A stretch of DNA of 37,558 nt, taken from contig CAZJSF010000004.1 in NCBI GenBank assembly GCA_964548515.1, positions 1 through 37,558 on the forward strand. Direction: 5' to 3'. Numbering within the stretch: position 1 is the first letter of the stretch; each line of letters starts with the position of its first letter. Position numbers and translations under genes: made by a program. Shown piece after piece: positions 10,205 to 18,290 of this stretch. Source of the stretch: an uncultured Thermodesulfobacteriota bacterium. GTDB taxonomy: Bacteria; Desulfobacterota; Deferrisomatia; Deferrisomatales; JACRMM01. Under the pieces are notes generated by a model that was not told the DNA's origin, made no database searches, and worked only from the letters and a program-made list of their open reading frames with translations.

Positions 10205-10699
10205 ATGCTTCGTGTGGGAGCGGCCCTTGTGACCGGCGGCATGCTGGTATGCTGCCTCATCTCCTGTGCCGGCGCGCCGCCGGCCGTGCCGCCGCCTCCT
10301 CCTCCCCCAGCCCCCGCCGCGGCTCCCGCGCCCTCGCCGGGCCCGGCGATCGATCCCCGCGAGGAGCGGCAACTGGTCAAGGACCTGCTCCGAGACATCT
10401 CGGAGTACTACCGCCTGCTCGGGGAGAAGAGCGTGGAGCGTGCCGCCGCGTACGCGGAGCCCGAGAAGCGAAGCGCCCTCCAGGACGATCTCTGGGGGTT
10501 CGTGGCCCGGTACTCCATCGAGAGCATCCACGTCCAGAGCCATCAGCTGTTCCCGCAACCCGACGGGGTCATGGCCAAGGTCCGGGTGGAGCGAACCCTG
10601 TTCGAGAAGGGTTCGGTGGTGCCGAGCCGGTCGGAGGTCTGGATGACATGGCAGCACCGGGGTCAGCGGTGGACCCTGGTGCCCCAGCAGCAGAAGTAG
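10205..10699 (+). CDS. Lipoprotein of unknown function with Pro/Ala-rich tether
   Basis: ORF 10145..10699 trimmed to ATG 10205 (GGGGAGG upstream). The sequence MLRVGAALVTGGMLVCCLISC has a lipobox (LISC). It is followed by about 30 residues of P/A linker and a globular domain of about 110 aa. 164 aa. Confidence 0.7.
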   Translation: MLRVGAALVTGGMLVCCLISCAGAPPAVPPPPPPPAPAAAPAPSPGPAIDPREERQLVKDLLRDISEYYRLLGEKSVERAAAYAEPEKRSALQDDLWGFVARYSIESIHVQSHQLFPQPDGVMAKVRVERTLFEKGSVVPSRSEVWMTWQHRGQRWTLVPQQQK

Positions 10700-10766
10700 T
10701 CGTCCCGGGCGTCGCACGGGGGAGTTCCCCTCCTCGTGGGCCGAAGCTCTGGCCCGAAGGCGCAGG

Positions 10767-11537
10767 ATGGTCGCGTTTCTCGAGTTGTTCGGACGCGCCG
10801 TGGTCGCGCGGATCGAGGAGGTCGGACGGGTCTTCCTGTTCCTGATGGAGACCGTGGCCACCTGCTTCACCCCGCCCATCCGCTGGCGGCTCGCCCTGCG
10901 ACAGATGGAGTTCGTGGGGGTCCGCTCGATCAGCGTGGTGGTCCTGACGGGAACCTTTACGGGGATGGTCCTCGCGCTTCAGAGCTACTACGGGTTCCGC
11001 AAGTTCGGGGCCGAGGGGTTGGTGGGCACGACGGTCGCGCTCTCCATGACCCGGGAGCTCGGGCCGGTGCTGACCAGTCTGATGGTGACCGCCCGCGCGG
11101 GCTCGGCGATCGCGGCGGAACTCGGCACCATGCGCGTCACCGAGCAGATCGACGGGCTTACCGTCATGGCGGTCGACCCGGTGCGCTACCTGGTGGTCCC
11201 CCGGATCCTCGCCGCGCTGGCCATGCTGCCCGTCCTCACGGTCATCAGCAACTTCGTCGGGATCCTCGGCGGGTACTTCGTGGGGGTGAAGCTCCTCGGC
11301 ATCAATTCGGGGGTGTACGTGACGAACACGGTCAAGTACATCGAGTTGGCGGACATCTACAACGGGTTGATCAAGGCGGCCTGTTTCGGGCTGATCTTGT
11401 CGGCGATCGGCTGCTACAAGGGGTACAACGCTTCCGGCGGCGCCGCGGGGGTAGGACGGGCGACGACCGAGGCCGTGGTCGTCGCATCGGTTCTGATCCT
11501 GGTGAACGACTACTTCCTGACCTCGATCATGTTTTGA
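10767..11537 (+). CDS. mlaE: MlaE-family ABC transporter permease
   Basis: 256 aa: ...MEFVGVRSISVVVLTGTFTGMVLALQSYYGFRKFGAEGLVG...TRELGPVLTSLMVTARAGSAIAAELGTMRVTEQIDGL..., the signature region of MlaE/TTG2B permeases. Confidence 0.9.
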   Translation: MVAFLELFGRAVVARIEEVGRVFLFLMETVATCFTPPIRWRLALRQMEFVGVRSISVVVLTGTFTGMVLALQSYYGFRKFGAEGLVGTTVALSMTRELGPVLTSLMVTARAGSAIAAELGTMRVTEQIDGLTVMAVDPVRYLVVPRILAALAMLPVLTVISNFVGILGGYFVGVKLLGINSGVYVTNTVKYIELADIYNGLIKAACFGLILSAIGCYKGYNASGGAAGVGRATTEAVVVASVLILVNDYFLTSIMF

Positions 11538-11542
11538 CTCCG

Positions 11543-12301
11543 ATGGAGACCCCGATCATCGAGTTCGAGAACGTCCACAAGGCGTTTCGGGGCCAGAAGG
11601 TGCTCGACGGACTCAACCTGACGATCGCCCGGGGGCGGACCACGGTCATCATCGGGCGGAGCGGCGGCGGGAAGAGCGTGACGCTCAAGCACATGATCGG
11701 GCTGATGAAGCCCGACCGGGGGCGCCTTCTCGTGGACGGCGAGGACATCGCCGCGATGGGCAAGAAGGAGCTCAACCGGGTGCGCGCGCGGTTCGGCATG
11801 CTCTTCCAGGAGGGGGCGCTGTTCGATTCGATGACGGTGGCGGAGAACGTGGCGTTCCCCCTGGCGGAGCACACCACGATGAGCGGGTCGGAGATCGACG
11901 CCCGGGTGTCCGAGATGCTGGGCCTGGTCGGGCTGCCCGGGATCGAGGAGAAGATGCCGTCCGAACTCTCGGGGGGAATGCGCAAACGGGTGGGGCTCGC
12001 CCGCGCGCTGATCCGGGACCCCGAGATCGTGCTCTTCGACGAGCCGACCTCGGGGCTGGATCCGATCATGGCCGACGCGATCGACACCCTGATCCTGGAG
12101 ACGCAGCGCCAGTCGGGAAGGACCTACGTCGTCATCAGCCACGACATCCAGGCGACCTTCAAGATCGCCCACCACATCGCGATGCTGTACGAAGGCCGGA
12201 TCATCGCGTACGGCTCGCCCGAGGAGATGCGTGCCAACCCGAACCCGTTCCTGGGCCAGTTCCTCCGCGGCACCGCCGAGGGGCCGATCCATGTGCAGTA
12301 G
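11543..12301 (+). CDS. mlaF: MlaF-type ABC transporter ATP-binding protein
   Basis: In-frame part of ORF 10736..12301, from ATG 11543. It has Walker A GRSGGGKS, signature LSGGMRKR and Walker B VLFDEPTSGLD. 252 aa. Confidence 0.9.
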   Translation: METPIIEFENVHKAFRGQKVLDGLNLTIARGRTTVIIGRSGGGKSVTLKHMIGLMKPDRGRLLVDGEDIAAMGKKELNRVRARFGMLFQEGALFDSMTVAENVAFPLAEHTTMSGSEIDARVSEMLGLVGLPGIEEKMPSELSGGMRKRVGLARALIRDPEIVLFDEPTSGLDPIMADAIDTLILETQRQSGRTYVVISHDIQATFKIAHHIAMLYEGRIIAYGSPEEMRANPNPFLGQFLRGTAEGPIHVQ

Positions 12302-12307
12302 GGCCCC

Positions 12308-14047
12308 ATGAAGCGGATGTCTCCGGAAGCGAAGGTGGGGCTCCTCGTCCTGACGGGCCTGCTCCTCCTCGTGTACATGTCCTTCAAGGTGGGCAAGCTC
12401 GGCTTCGGGCCCGGGGGAGGGTACCGCCTCACCCTGGAACTGGACAACGCGGTGGGCCTGGCCAAGGAGAGCGAGATCCTGGTGGCCGGCATCCCCGTGG
12501 GGCTGGTGGAGGACGTCCAGCTTCGTGACGGGCGCGCGCTGCTGGTGCTGCGCGTGCGAGACGACGTGCGGTTGCCGCAGGACAGCGCGGGCAGTCTGCG
12601 CACCCAGGGGGTCCTCGGCGAGAAGTACGTGGAGATCGTGCCGGGCACCGCGGGGAGCCAGCTCACGGACGGGGATGTCCTGCGGGCGGGCACGCCGCCG
12701 GGGGATCTCGACCGCCTGGTGACGAACTTCAACGACATCGCCGCGGACGTCAAGCGGGTCACCGAGCGGCTGGCGCGGGTGCTGGGCACCGACGAGGGGG
12801 AGCAGCGGCTGCGCGACATGATCGCCGGCCTCCGGGACGCGGCGGTCGGCCTCCAGGAGGTCGTGACGCAGAACCGGGAGGCGCTGGCCGCCGCGATCCG
12901 GAGCGCCGAGCGCCTCACCGCGGACCTGTCCGAGGTCGTGGCGGGCGGCAAGGAGGACCTGCGGGAGACCATCGCCAACGCCCGGGCGCTCACTGGGGCC
13001 CTGGCCGAACGCGCACCTGGCGTGCTGGACAGCTTCCAGGGGATGAGCGAGGAGGTCCGGTCCCTGGTGGCCGAGAACCGCGACGACGTTCGGCAGAGCC
13101 TGGGCAACCTGCGGGATGCGACGGCCAAGCTCTCCACGGCGATCGAGGGCTTCGAGACCCTCGTGGCCGCGGCGAACGACCGCACGGGTACCCTGGGTCG
13201 CCTGATCCACGACGACGAGGTGTACCGCGACCTCCAGACGTCGTTGGGGAGCGTGCGCCGCATCGCGGAGCGCCTGGAGAGCGGGGAGGGGACCCTCGGC
13301 AAACTCCTAACCGACGACCAGCTGTACGCGGAGCTCACGGGCAGCGTGGAGCACCTGCGCAGCGTCACGGAGAAGATCGACCGGGGCCAGGGCACGATCG
13401 GGAAGCTCGTCAACGAGGAGAGCGTCCACAGCAACCTCAACGAGACGCTCAAGGGCGTCAACGACTTCGTGGCGGGAGCCAACCGTTTCCAGTTCGAGCT
13501 CGGATACAGCGGCGAGTACCTCACGGATTTCGGGGAGCTGAAGAACTATCTCACCCTCGATATCCGGCCCCGCCAGGACTACTTCTACCACGTGGCCCTC
13601 GTCGACGACCCCCGGGGCGACACGACGACGAAGACCGTGGAGACCACGACGAACGACGGGTCGGGCACGAGCACCCAGACGACGAAGCGCAAGGAGACGG
13701 ACGACGACAAGCTCAAGTTCTCGGCCCAGGTGGGCAAGCGCTTCTCGCTGCTGACCGTCCGCGCGGGGCTGTTCGAATCGACGGGGGGCGTCGGCGCCGA
13801 CCTGGACTTCCTGGCCGACCGCCTGCGGCTGTCCTTCGAGGCTTTCGACTTCGGCCGCGACGACAATCCCCCACACCTCAAGGCCTCGGCCCGCTGGATG
13901 TTCCTGCGGAACTTCTTCGTGACGGCGGGGATGGACGACTTCACCTACGACGACAACCGGGACTTCTTCGTGGGCGGCGGCGTGCGCTTCCTCGACGACG
14001 ACATCAAGTACCTGCTCTCCCCGGCCGCCGGCGCGGTCGGGCGCTGA
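12308..14047 (+). CDS. mlaD: MlaD/MCE-domain protein with long helical-repeat region and beta-rich C-terminal domain
   Basis: 579 aa. It has an N-terminal TM anchor (VGLLVLTGLLLLVYMSF) and an MCE domain (GLAKESEILVAGIPVGLVEDVQL...GEKYVEIVPG). A helical segment of about 250 aa ends in three GT(L/I)G(R/K)L(I/L/V)xD/E repeats. A C-terminal region of about 180 aa then shows alternating hydrophobic beta-strand-like patterns. Confidence 0.85.
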   Translation: MKRMSPEAKVGLLVLTGLLLLVYMSFKVGKLGFGPGGGYRLTLELDNAVGLAKESEILVAGIPVGLVEDVQLRDGRALLVLRVRDDVRLPQDSAGSLRTQGVLGEKYVEIVPGTAGSQLTDGDVLRAGTPPGDLDRLVTNFNDIAADVKRVTERLARVLGTDEGEQRLRDMIAGLRDAAVGLQEVVTQNREALAAAIRSAERLTADLSEVVAGGKEDLRETIANARALTGALAERAPGVLDSFQGMSEEVRSLVAENRDDVRQSLGNLRDATAKLSTAIEGFETLVAAANDRTGTLGRLIHDDEVYRDLQTSLGSVRRIAERLESGEGTLGKLLTDDQLYAELTGSVEHLRSVTEKIDRGQGTIGKLVNEESVHSNLNETLKGVNDFVAGANRFQFELGYSGEYLTDFGELKNYLTLDIRPRQDYFYHVALVDDPRGDTTTKTVETTTNDGSGTSTQTTKRKETDDDKLKFSAQVGKRFSLLTVRAGLFESTGGVGADLDFLADRLRLSFEAFDFGRDDNPPHLKASARWMFLRNFFVTAGMDDFTYDDNRDFFVGGGVRFLDDDIKYLLSPAAGAVGR

Positions 14048-14083
14048 GCGGCGGCCGGTTTCCCCTTCCCAGAGGAGAGAGCG

Positions 14084-14680
14084 ATGGCGAAGATCCGACG
14101 GGCGATCGTGAGCGTCTCCGACAAGGCGGGAGCGCTCGAGTTCGCGAGAGGGCTGGAACAGCGGGGCGTGGAGATCCTCTCCACCGGGGGCACGGCCCGT
14201 CTGCTGCGCGAGGCCGGTGTCGCGGTGGTCGAGGTCAGCGCGTACACGGGGTTTCCGGAGATGCTCGACGGCAGGGTGAAGACCCTGCACCCGAAGATCC
14301 ACGGCGGGATCCTCGGCCTGCGGGACGAGCCGGCCCACGCGGCGAAGATGAAGGAGCACGGCATCGAGCCGATCGACCTCGTCGCCGTCAACCTCTACCC
14401 CTTCGAGAAGACCGTGGCCCAGGATGGGTGCAGCCTGGCGGAGGCGGTGGAGCAGATCGACATCGGGGGCCCCTGCATGATCCGGGCGTCGGCCAAGAAC
14501 CATCGTTACGTGACCGTGGTCGTGGACCCGCAGGACTACGGCCGGGTCCTCCAGGAGATGGACAGGCTCGACGGCGAGACCAGCGAGGCGCTGCGGTTCG
14601 AGCTCGCCGTCAAGGCGTTCGGCCGCACCGCACGGTACGACGGCGCCATCGCCGAATGGCTCGGTGGGAGGCGGTCGTGA
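14084..14680 (+). CDS. purH: Stand-alone IMP cyclohydrolase (N-terminal MGS-like domain of PurH only)
   Basis: 198 aa: [41 protein letters not shown]...[16 protein letters not shown]...VAVNLYPF...[15 protein letters not shown]. This matches the IMPCH half of bifunctional PurH. The ORF stops where the AICAR transformylase domain would begin, and its stop overlaps the purD start (GTGA). Confidence 0.85.
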   Translation: MAKIRRAIVSVSDKAGALEFARGLEQRGVEILSTGGTARLLREAGVAVVEVSAYTGFPEMLDGRVKTLHPKIHGGILGLRDEPAHAAKMKEHGIEPIDLVAVNLYPFEKTVAQDGCSLAEAVEQIDIGGPCMIRASAKNHRYVTVVVDPQDYGRVLQEMDRLDGETSEALRFELAVKAFGRTARYDGAIAEWLGGRRS

Positions 14681-15951
14681 AGGTCCTCGTGGTGGGCGGA
14701 GGCGGCAGGGAACACGCCCTGGTGTGGAAGATCGCCCAGAGCCCGCGGGTGGGTCGGGTCTACGCCGCGCCCGGCAACGCGGGTACCGCGGGGATCGCCC
14801 GGAACGTACCGATCGCGGCCGAGGACGTGGACGCGATCGCGGCGTTCGCCGCGTCCGAGGGCATCGACCTGACCGTGGTGGGGCCGGAAGCCCCCCTCGT
14901 TCTCGGGCTGGTGGACCGGCTGCGGGCGAAGGGCCTGCGCGCCTTCGGCCCCAGCGGGCGCGCCGCGCAGCTGGAGGGCTCGAAGTCCTTCGCCAAGGCG
15001 GCGATGAAGCGTTTCGGGGTCCCGACCGCGGAGTGCGCCGAGTTCGAGGACCCCGACCGGGCCCGCAGCTACATCCGCGAGGTCGGGGCGCCCGTGGTCG
15101 TCAAGGCCGACGGGCTCGCCGCGGGCAAGGGCGTGACCGTCGCGCAGTCCGTGGAGGAGGCCCTGGCCGCCGTGGACGAGATCATGGTCGGGCGCGCCTA
15201 CGGAGACGCGGGGCGCCGGCTCGTGGTGGAGGAATTCCTCGAGGGGGAGGAGGCGAGCTTCCTCGCTTTCTGCGACGGGAAGACGGTCCTGCCCATGGAC
15301 TCGAGCCAGGATCACAAGCCGATCTTCGATGGAGACCGGGGGCCCAACACGGGTGGGATGGGCGCGTACAGCCCCGCCCCGGTGGTCTCAGAGGCGATCT
15401 TCCAGGAAACGATGGACACCGTCATGAGGCCCATGGTGGAGGGGATGGCCCGGGAGGGCCTCCCCTACGTCGGGGTGCTCTACGCCGGGCTCATGATCCG
15501 CGACGGGAAGATCAAGGTGCTGGAGTTCAACTGCCGGTTCGGGGACCCGGAGTGCCAGCCCATCGTGATGCGCATGAAGGGCGATCTGGTTCCCGTGCTG
15601 GAGGCGTGCATCGACGGCCAGCTCGATCGGGTGAGCCTGGAGTGGGACCCCCGGGCGGCCGTGTGCGTGGTGATGGCCTCCGAGGGCTATCCCGGGAGCT
15701 ACCCCAAGGGCGTCGCCATCCGGGGCCTCGAAGCCGCCGCCCGCCTGGAGGACGTGGTGGTCTTCCATGCCGGCACGCGCGAGGCGGACGGCGCCGTCGT
15801 CACCGCGGGGGGGCGGGTCCTCGGGGTGACGGCCCTGGGGGATGGCGTCGGGGAAGCGATCCGCCGCGCCTACGAGGCGGTGGGCACGATTTCCTGGCCT
15901 GGGGTGCAGTATCGGCGCGACATCGGCGGCAAGGCCGTGGGGCGCGTCTAG
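14677..15951 (+). CDS. purD: Phosphoribosylamine-glycine ligase
   Basis: In-frame part of ORF 14428..15951, from GTG 14677: [23 protein letters not shown]...APGNAG...[13 protein letters not shown]...[12 protein letters not shown]...[10 protein letters not shown]. 424 aa. Confidence 0.93.
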   Translation: MKVLVVGGGGREHALVWKIAQSPRVGRVYAAPGNAGTAGIARNVPIAAEDVDAIAAFAASEGIDLTVVGPEAPLVLGLVDRLRAKGLRAFGPSGRAAQLEGSKSFAKAAMKRFGVPTAECAEFEDPDRARSYIREVGAPVVVKADGLAAGKGVTVAQSVEEALAAVDEIMVGRAYGDAGRRLVVEEFLEGEEASFLAFCDGKTVLPMDSSQDHKPIFDGDRGPNTGGMGAYSPAPVVSEAIFQETMDTVMRPMVEGMAREGLPYVGVLYAGLMIRDGKIKVLEFNCRFGDPECQPIVMRMKGDLVPVLEACIDGQLDRVSLEWDPRAAVCVVMASEGYPGSYPKGVAIRGLEAAARLEDVVVFHAGTREADGAVVTAGGRVLGVTALGDGVGEAIRRAYEAVGTISWPGVQYRRDIGGKAVGRV

Positions 15952-15965
15952 GAGCGGGAGGAGCG

Positions 15966-16478
15966 ATGGGGAAGGCAGCGAAGGTCGTAATCCTGATGGG
16001 CAGCGACTCGGATCACCCGGTGCTCCGAGAGGCGGAGGACTTCCTCGGGAAGATGGACGTTCCCTACGACATCCGGGTGAGTTCGGCCCACCGGAGTCCG
16101 GAGAGGACGCGCCGCCTGGTGGCGGAGGCGGAGGCATCCGGCGCGCAGGTGTTCATATGCGCCGCCGGCATGGCGGCCCACCTGGGGGGGGTCGTCGCCG
16201 GCGAGACCACCCGCCCCGTGATCGGAGTGCCCATCGACGCGTCGCCGATGGGCGGACTCGACGCCCTGCTCTCCACGGTGCAGATGCCTCCCGGAGTTCC
16301 GGTGGCGACGGTGGCCGTCGGCAAGGCGGGAGCCCGCAACGCCGCGGTGCTGGCGTGCCAGATCCTGGCTCTCGCCGATCCCGACCTGGAGCAGCGGCTC
16401 CGGAGCCTCAAGGAGGAGATGGCCCGGGCCGTGGAGCGCAAGGACGAGGCGCTCCAGGGGACGCGGGCCTCCCGCTAG
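15966..16478 (+). CDS. purE: 5-(carboxyamino)imidazole ribonucleotide mutase
   Basis: In-frame part of ORF 14664..16478, from ATG 15966 (GGGAGGAG upstream): VVILMGSDSDHPVL...RVSSAHRSPERT...AAGMAAHLGGVVAGETTRPVIGVPI. 170 aa. Confidence 0.92.
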   Translation: MGKAAKVVILMGSDSDHPVLREAEDFLGKMDVPYDIRVSSAHRSPERTRRLVAEAEASGAQVFICAAGMAAHLGGVVAGETTRPVIGVPIDASPMGGLDALLSTVQMPPGVPVATVAVGKAGARNAAVLACQILALADPDLEQRLRSLKEEMARAVERKDEALQGTRASR

Positions 16479-16538
16479 CCGGCGCACGGTCGGTACGCCA
16501 GGGGCGCGGTCCGGGCAAGTTGCGGCGGGCGCTTGGTC

Positions 16539-16567
16539 TTGACCCTCCCAACCCGGGGTGGTATACA
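16539..16567 (+). promoter_or_regulatory. Sigma70-type promoter of the cytochrome c3 gene
   Basis: TTGACC (16539..16544), 17 nt spacer, TATACA (16562..16567). Confidence 0.55.
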
Positions 16568-16636
16568 AGGCGCCGTTTTGTCGGAGGCAGGAAGCATCGT
16601 TTGGCAACCACGCACAACCAAGGGAGGAAGGTACAC

Positions 16637-16987
16637 ATGAAGAAGATCGTTCTCGTCGCCGCTGCCATGCTCTTCGCCGTCGGCTTCGCGCTCAGCGCGG
16701 CCGCCGCCGACGCCCCGAAGGGCCCCGTCACGGTCACCAACTACGGCAAGAAGGGCGCGGTCACCTTCGACCACGCCAAGCACAAGGACGTCAAGTGCGA
16801 GGACTGCCACCACAAGGGGATGCAGGATCCCAAGTGCGGCGGCTGCCACAAGCTCGAGGCCGACGGCGACACCCCGAAGATCCAGGACGCGGCCCACGGC
16901 AAGGACAAGGGCGCCTGCTTCGCCTGCCACCGTGCGGACGACGCGGCCAAGAAGATGAAGTGCGCCGACTGCCACGCCGGCAGCTGA
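16637..16987 (+). CDS. Small periplasmic tetraheme cytochrome c3-family protein
   Basis: In-frame part of ORF 15842..16987, from ATG 16637 (AGGGAGGAAGG upstream). Signal peptide MKKIVLVAAAMLFAVGFALSAAAA. Four CXXCH motifs (CEDCH, CGGCH, CFACH, CADCH) lie within a mature protein of about 92 aa, and there is a VTFDHAKHKD motif as in class III cytochromes. 116 aa. Confidence 0.9.
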   Translation: MKKIVLVAAAMLFAVGFALSAAAADAPKGPVTVTNYGKKGAVTFDHAKHKDVKCEDCHHKGMQDPKCGGCHKLEADGDTPKIQDAAHGKDKGACFACHRADDAAKKMKCADCHAGS

Positions 16988-17014
16988 GCGATCCCGCAGC
17001 AAGCACGCTTCGAG

Positions 17015-17049
17015 AGCGGGCGGCCCCCAGGGGCCGCCCGCTTTCGTTC
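17015..17049 (+). terminator. Rho-independent terminator after cytochrome c3
   Basis: 12-bp perfect stem AGCGGGCGGCCC-ccag-GGGCCGCCCGCT followed by TTCGTTCG. Confidence 0.7.
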
Positions 17050-17116
17050 GCGGGGAGGGCGCGGGCCCCCTCGGGTTAAAGCCCGGCGCTCGCCCTGCCG
17101 ATCCCTTCCCGGGATG

Positions 17117-17140
17117 AGCCCGGAGCCTCCGGGCTTTCGT
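17117..17140 (+). terminator. Second terminator-like hairpin
   Basis: AGCCCGGA-gcc-TCCGGGCT followed by TTCGT; tandem to the first terminator. Confidence 0.4.
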
Positions 17141-17162
17141 CTCGCGGCAGAGGGGTAGGCCG

Positions 17163-17834
17163 GTGGCGGGCAAGAGTTCTCGAAAACGGCTGGGTGAGAT
17201 CCTCCTCGACGCGGACCTCATCAACGCGGCGCGTCTCGACGCGGCGCTGCGACTCCAGCGGATCCGGGGCAAGCGGCTCGGAGCGACGCTCCTGGAGACC
17301 GGTTTCATCCGGGAGGAGGACCTGCTCCGCTGCCTCTCCATCCAACTCCAGGTCCCCAGCATCAACCTGCGCGAAGTCGTCGTCTCCCCCCCGGTCCTCC
17401 GCCTGCTTCCGGCCCGCGTGGCGGAGAAGCACCACGCCTTCCCGGTGGCGGTGCGGCGGGAGTCCGGGCGCAGGACCCTGCTTCTCGCCATGGCCGAGCC
17501 CACCAACCTCGACATCCTCCGCGAGATCGAATTCCAGACGGGCATGGGAGTGCGGCCCGCGGTCGCCATGGAGTCGGCGATCCTGCGGGCCATCGCACGG
17601 TACTACCGGTTCCGGGGATACGCGGAGAGGTCCTCCAACGTGCCGAGTGCGGAACTCTCCCCCGGAAACAACGGGACCTCCGTGCTTCCGAAGGAGGCGG
17701 GTGACGGGAAGGGCCTGGCCCCGCTCTTCGAACTCGACTCCCGGCAGATGGCCCGGGCCATGCTGTCGGTCCTGCTGCGGCGGGGGTTGCTGACCCGCGA
17801 CGACCTGCAGTTGGTGCTCCAGAACGTGCCCTGA
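17163..17834 (+). CDS. Stand-alone MshEN / T2SSE_N domain protein (predicted c-di-GMP receptor, no ATPase domain)
   Basis: 223 aa with GTG start (GAGGGG 7 nt upstream). Residues 9-32 (RLGEILLDADLINAARLDAALRLQ) and 38-61 (RLGATLLETGFIREEDLLRCLSIQ) both fit the 24-residue MshEN motif RLGxx(LVI)(LVI)xxG(LVI)(LVI)xxxxLxxxLxxQ. They are separated by a 5-residue spacer. The rest of the GspE-N fold follows (LLLAMAEPTNLDILREIEFQTG). Confidence 0.8.
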   Translation: MAGKSSRKRLGEILLDADLINAARLDAALRLQRIRGKRLGATLLETGFIREEDLLRCLSIQLQVPSINLREVVVSPPVLRLLPARVAEKHHAFPVAVRRESGRRTLLLAMAEPTNLDILREIEFQTGMGVRPAVAMESAILRAIARYYRFRGYAERSSNVPSAELSPGNNGTSVLPKEAGDGKGLAPLFELDSRQMARAMLSVLLRRGLLTRDDLQLVLQNVP

Positions 17835-17858
17835 GGCGCTCCCGGCGTTCGGAGCGGC

Positions 17859-18290
17859 TTGACCCCTGTCGGTTGCGCGGGGACAATCGCCGCGGGGATG
17901 CGCCCCGGGGTGCGGGCGGCGGTTCGGAGAGGAGTGCCGGAGGTGGCGGGAGGTTCGGTAGGGGACACCTACTTCGTGCCGGAGGTGAGCGAGGCCGAAC
18001 TGGCCCGCGAGCGCGCCAGGGCCCGGGAACTGCGGGGGTCGCAGTGGTGGAAGCGCAAGCGCTCCTCTGGGGTGTGCCACTATTGCCTCCGCCGTTTCCC
18101 TCCCCGGGAACTGACGATGGACCACCTGGTGCCGCTCATCCGGGGCGGGCGCTCGGTGCGCTCCAACGTCGTCCCCTGCTGCCGCGAGTGCAACGCCAAC
18201 AAGAAATACCTCCTGCCTTTGGAGTGGGAGGAGTACCTGGCGCGGCTCGGCTCCGGGTCCGTGCCCGACGGGGGGGCGAGGGGGGGCTGA
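17859..18290 (+). CDS. Small HNH endonuclease-domain protein (start uncertain)
   Basis: The C-terminal sequence ...SQWWKRKRSSGVCHYCLRRFPPRELTMDHLVPLIRGGRSVRSNVVPCCRECNANKK carries the HNH CxxC...DH...N...CxxC zinc/active-site pattern. TTG 17859 (GGAG 4 nt upstream) gives 143 aa. ATG 17898 or the downstream GTGs are alternative starts, and the first 35-40 residues look low-complexity. Confidence 0.7.
   Translation: MTPVGCAGTIAAGMRPGVRAAVRRGVPEVAGGSVGDTYFVPEVSEAELARERARARELRGSQWWKRKRSSGVCHYCLRRFPPRELTMDHLVPLIRGGRSVRSNVVPCCRECNANKKYLLPLEWEEYLARLGSGSVPDGGARGG

Noticed and set aside
14084-14680. The short purH considered as a frameshifted pseudogene.
   Set aside because: purD starts inside its stop codon (GTGA). 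No AICAR-transformylase-like sequence follows in any frame. It is a clean domain-only gene, reported above as a finding.
16186-16193. A G8 homopolymer in purE and a G9 homopolymer at 32457..32465 in the DHHA1 motif, considered as phase-variation tracts.
   Set aside because: Both encode conserved glycine runs (HLGGVV and GGGGH) in frame within housekeeping genes. They reflect GGG codon preference, not contingency loci. They are worth checking only as sequencing-error hotspots.
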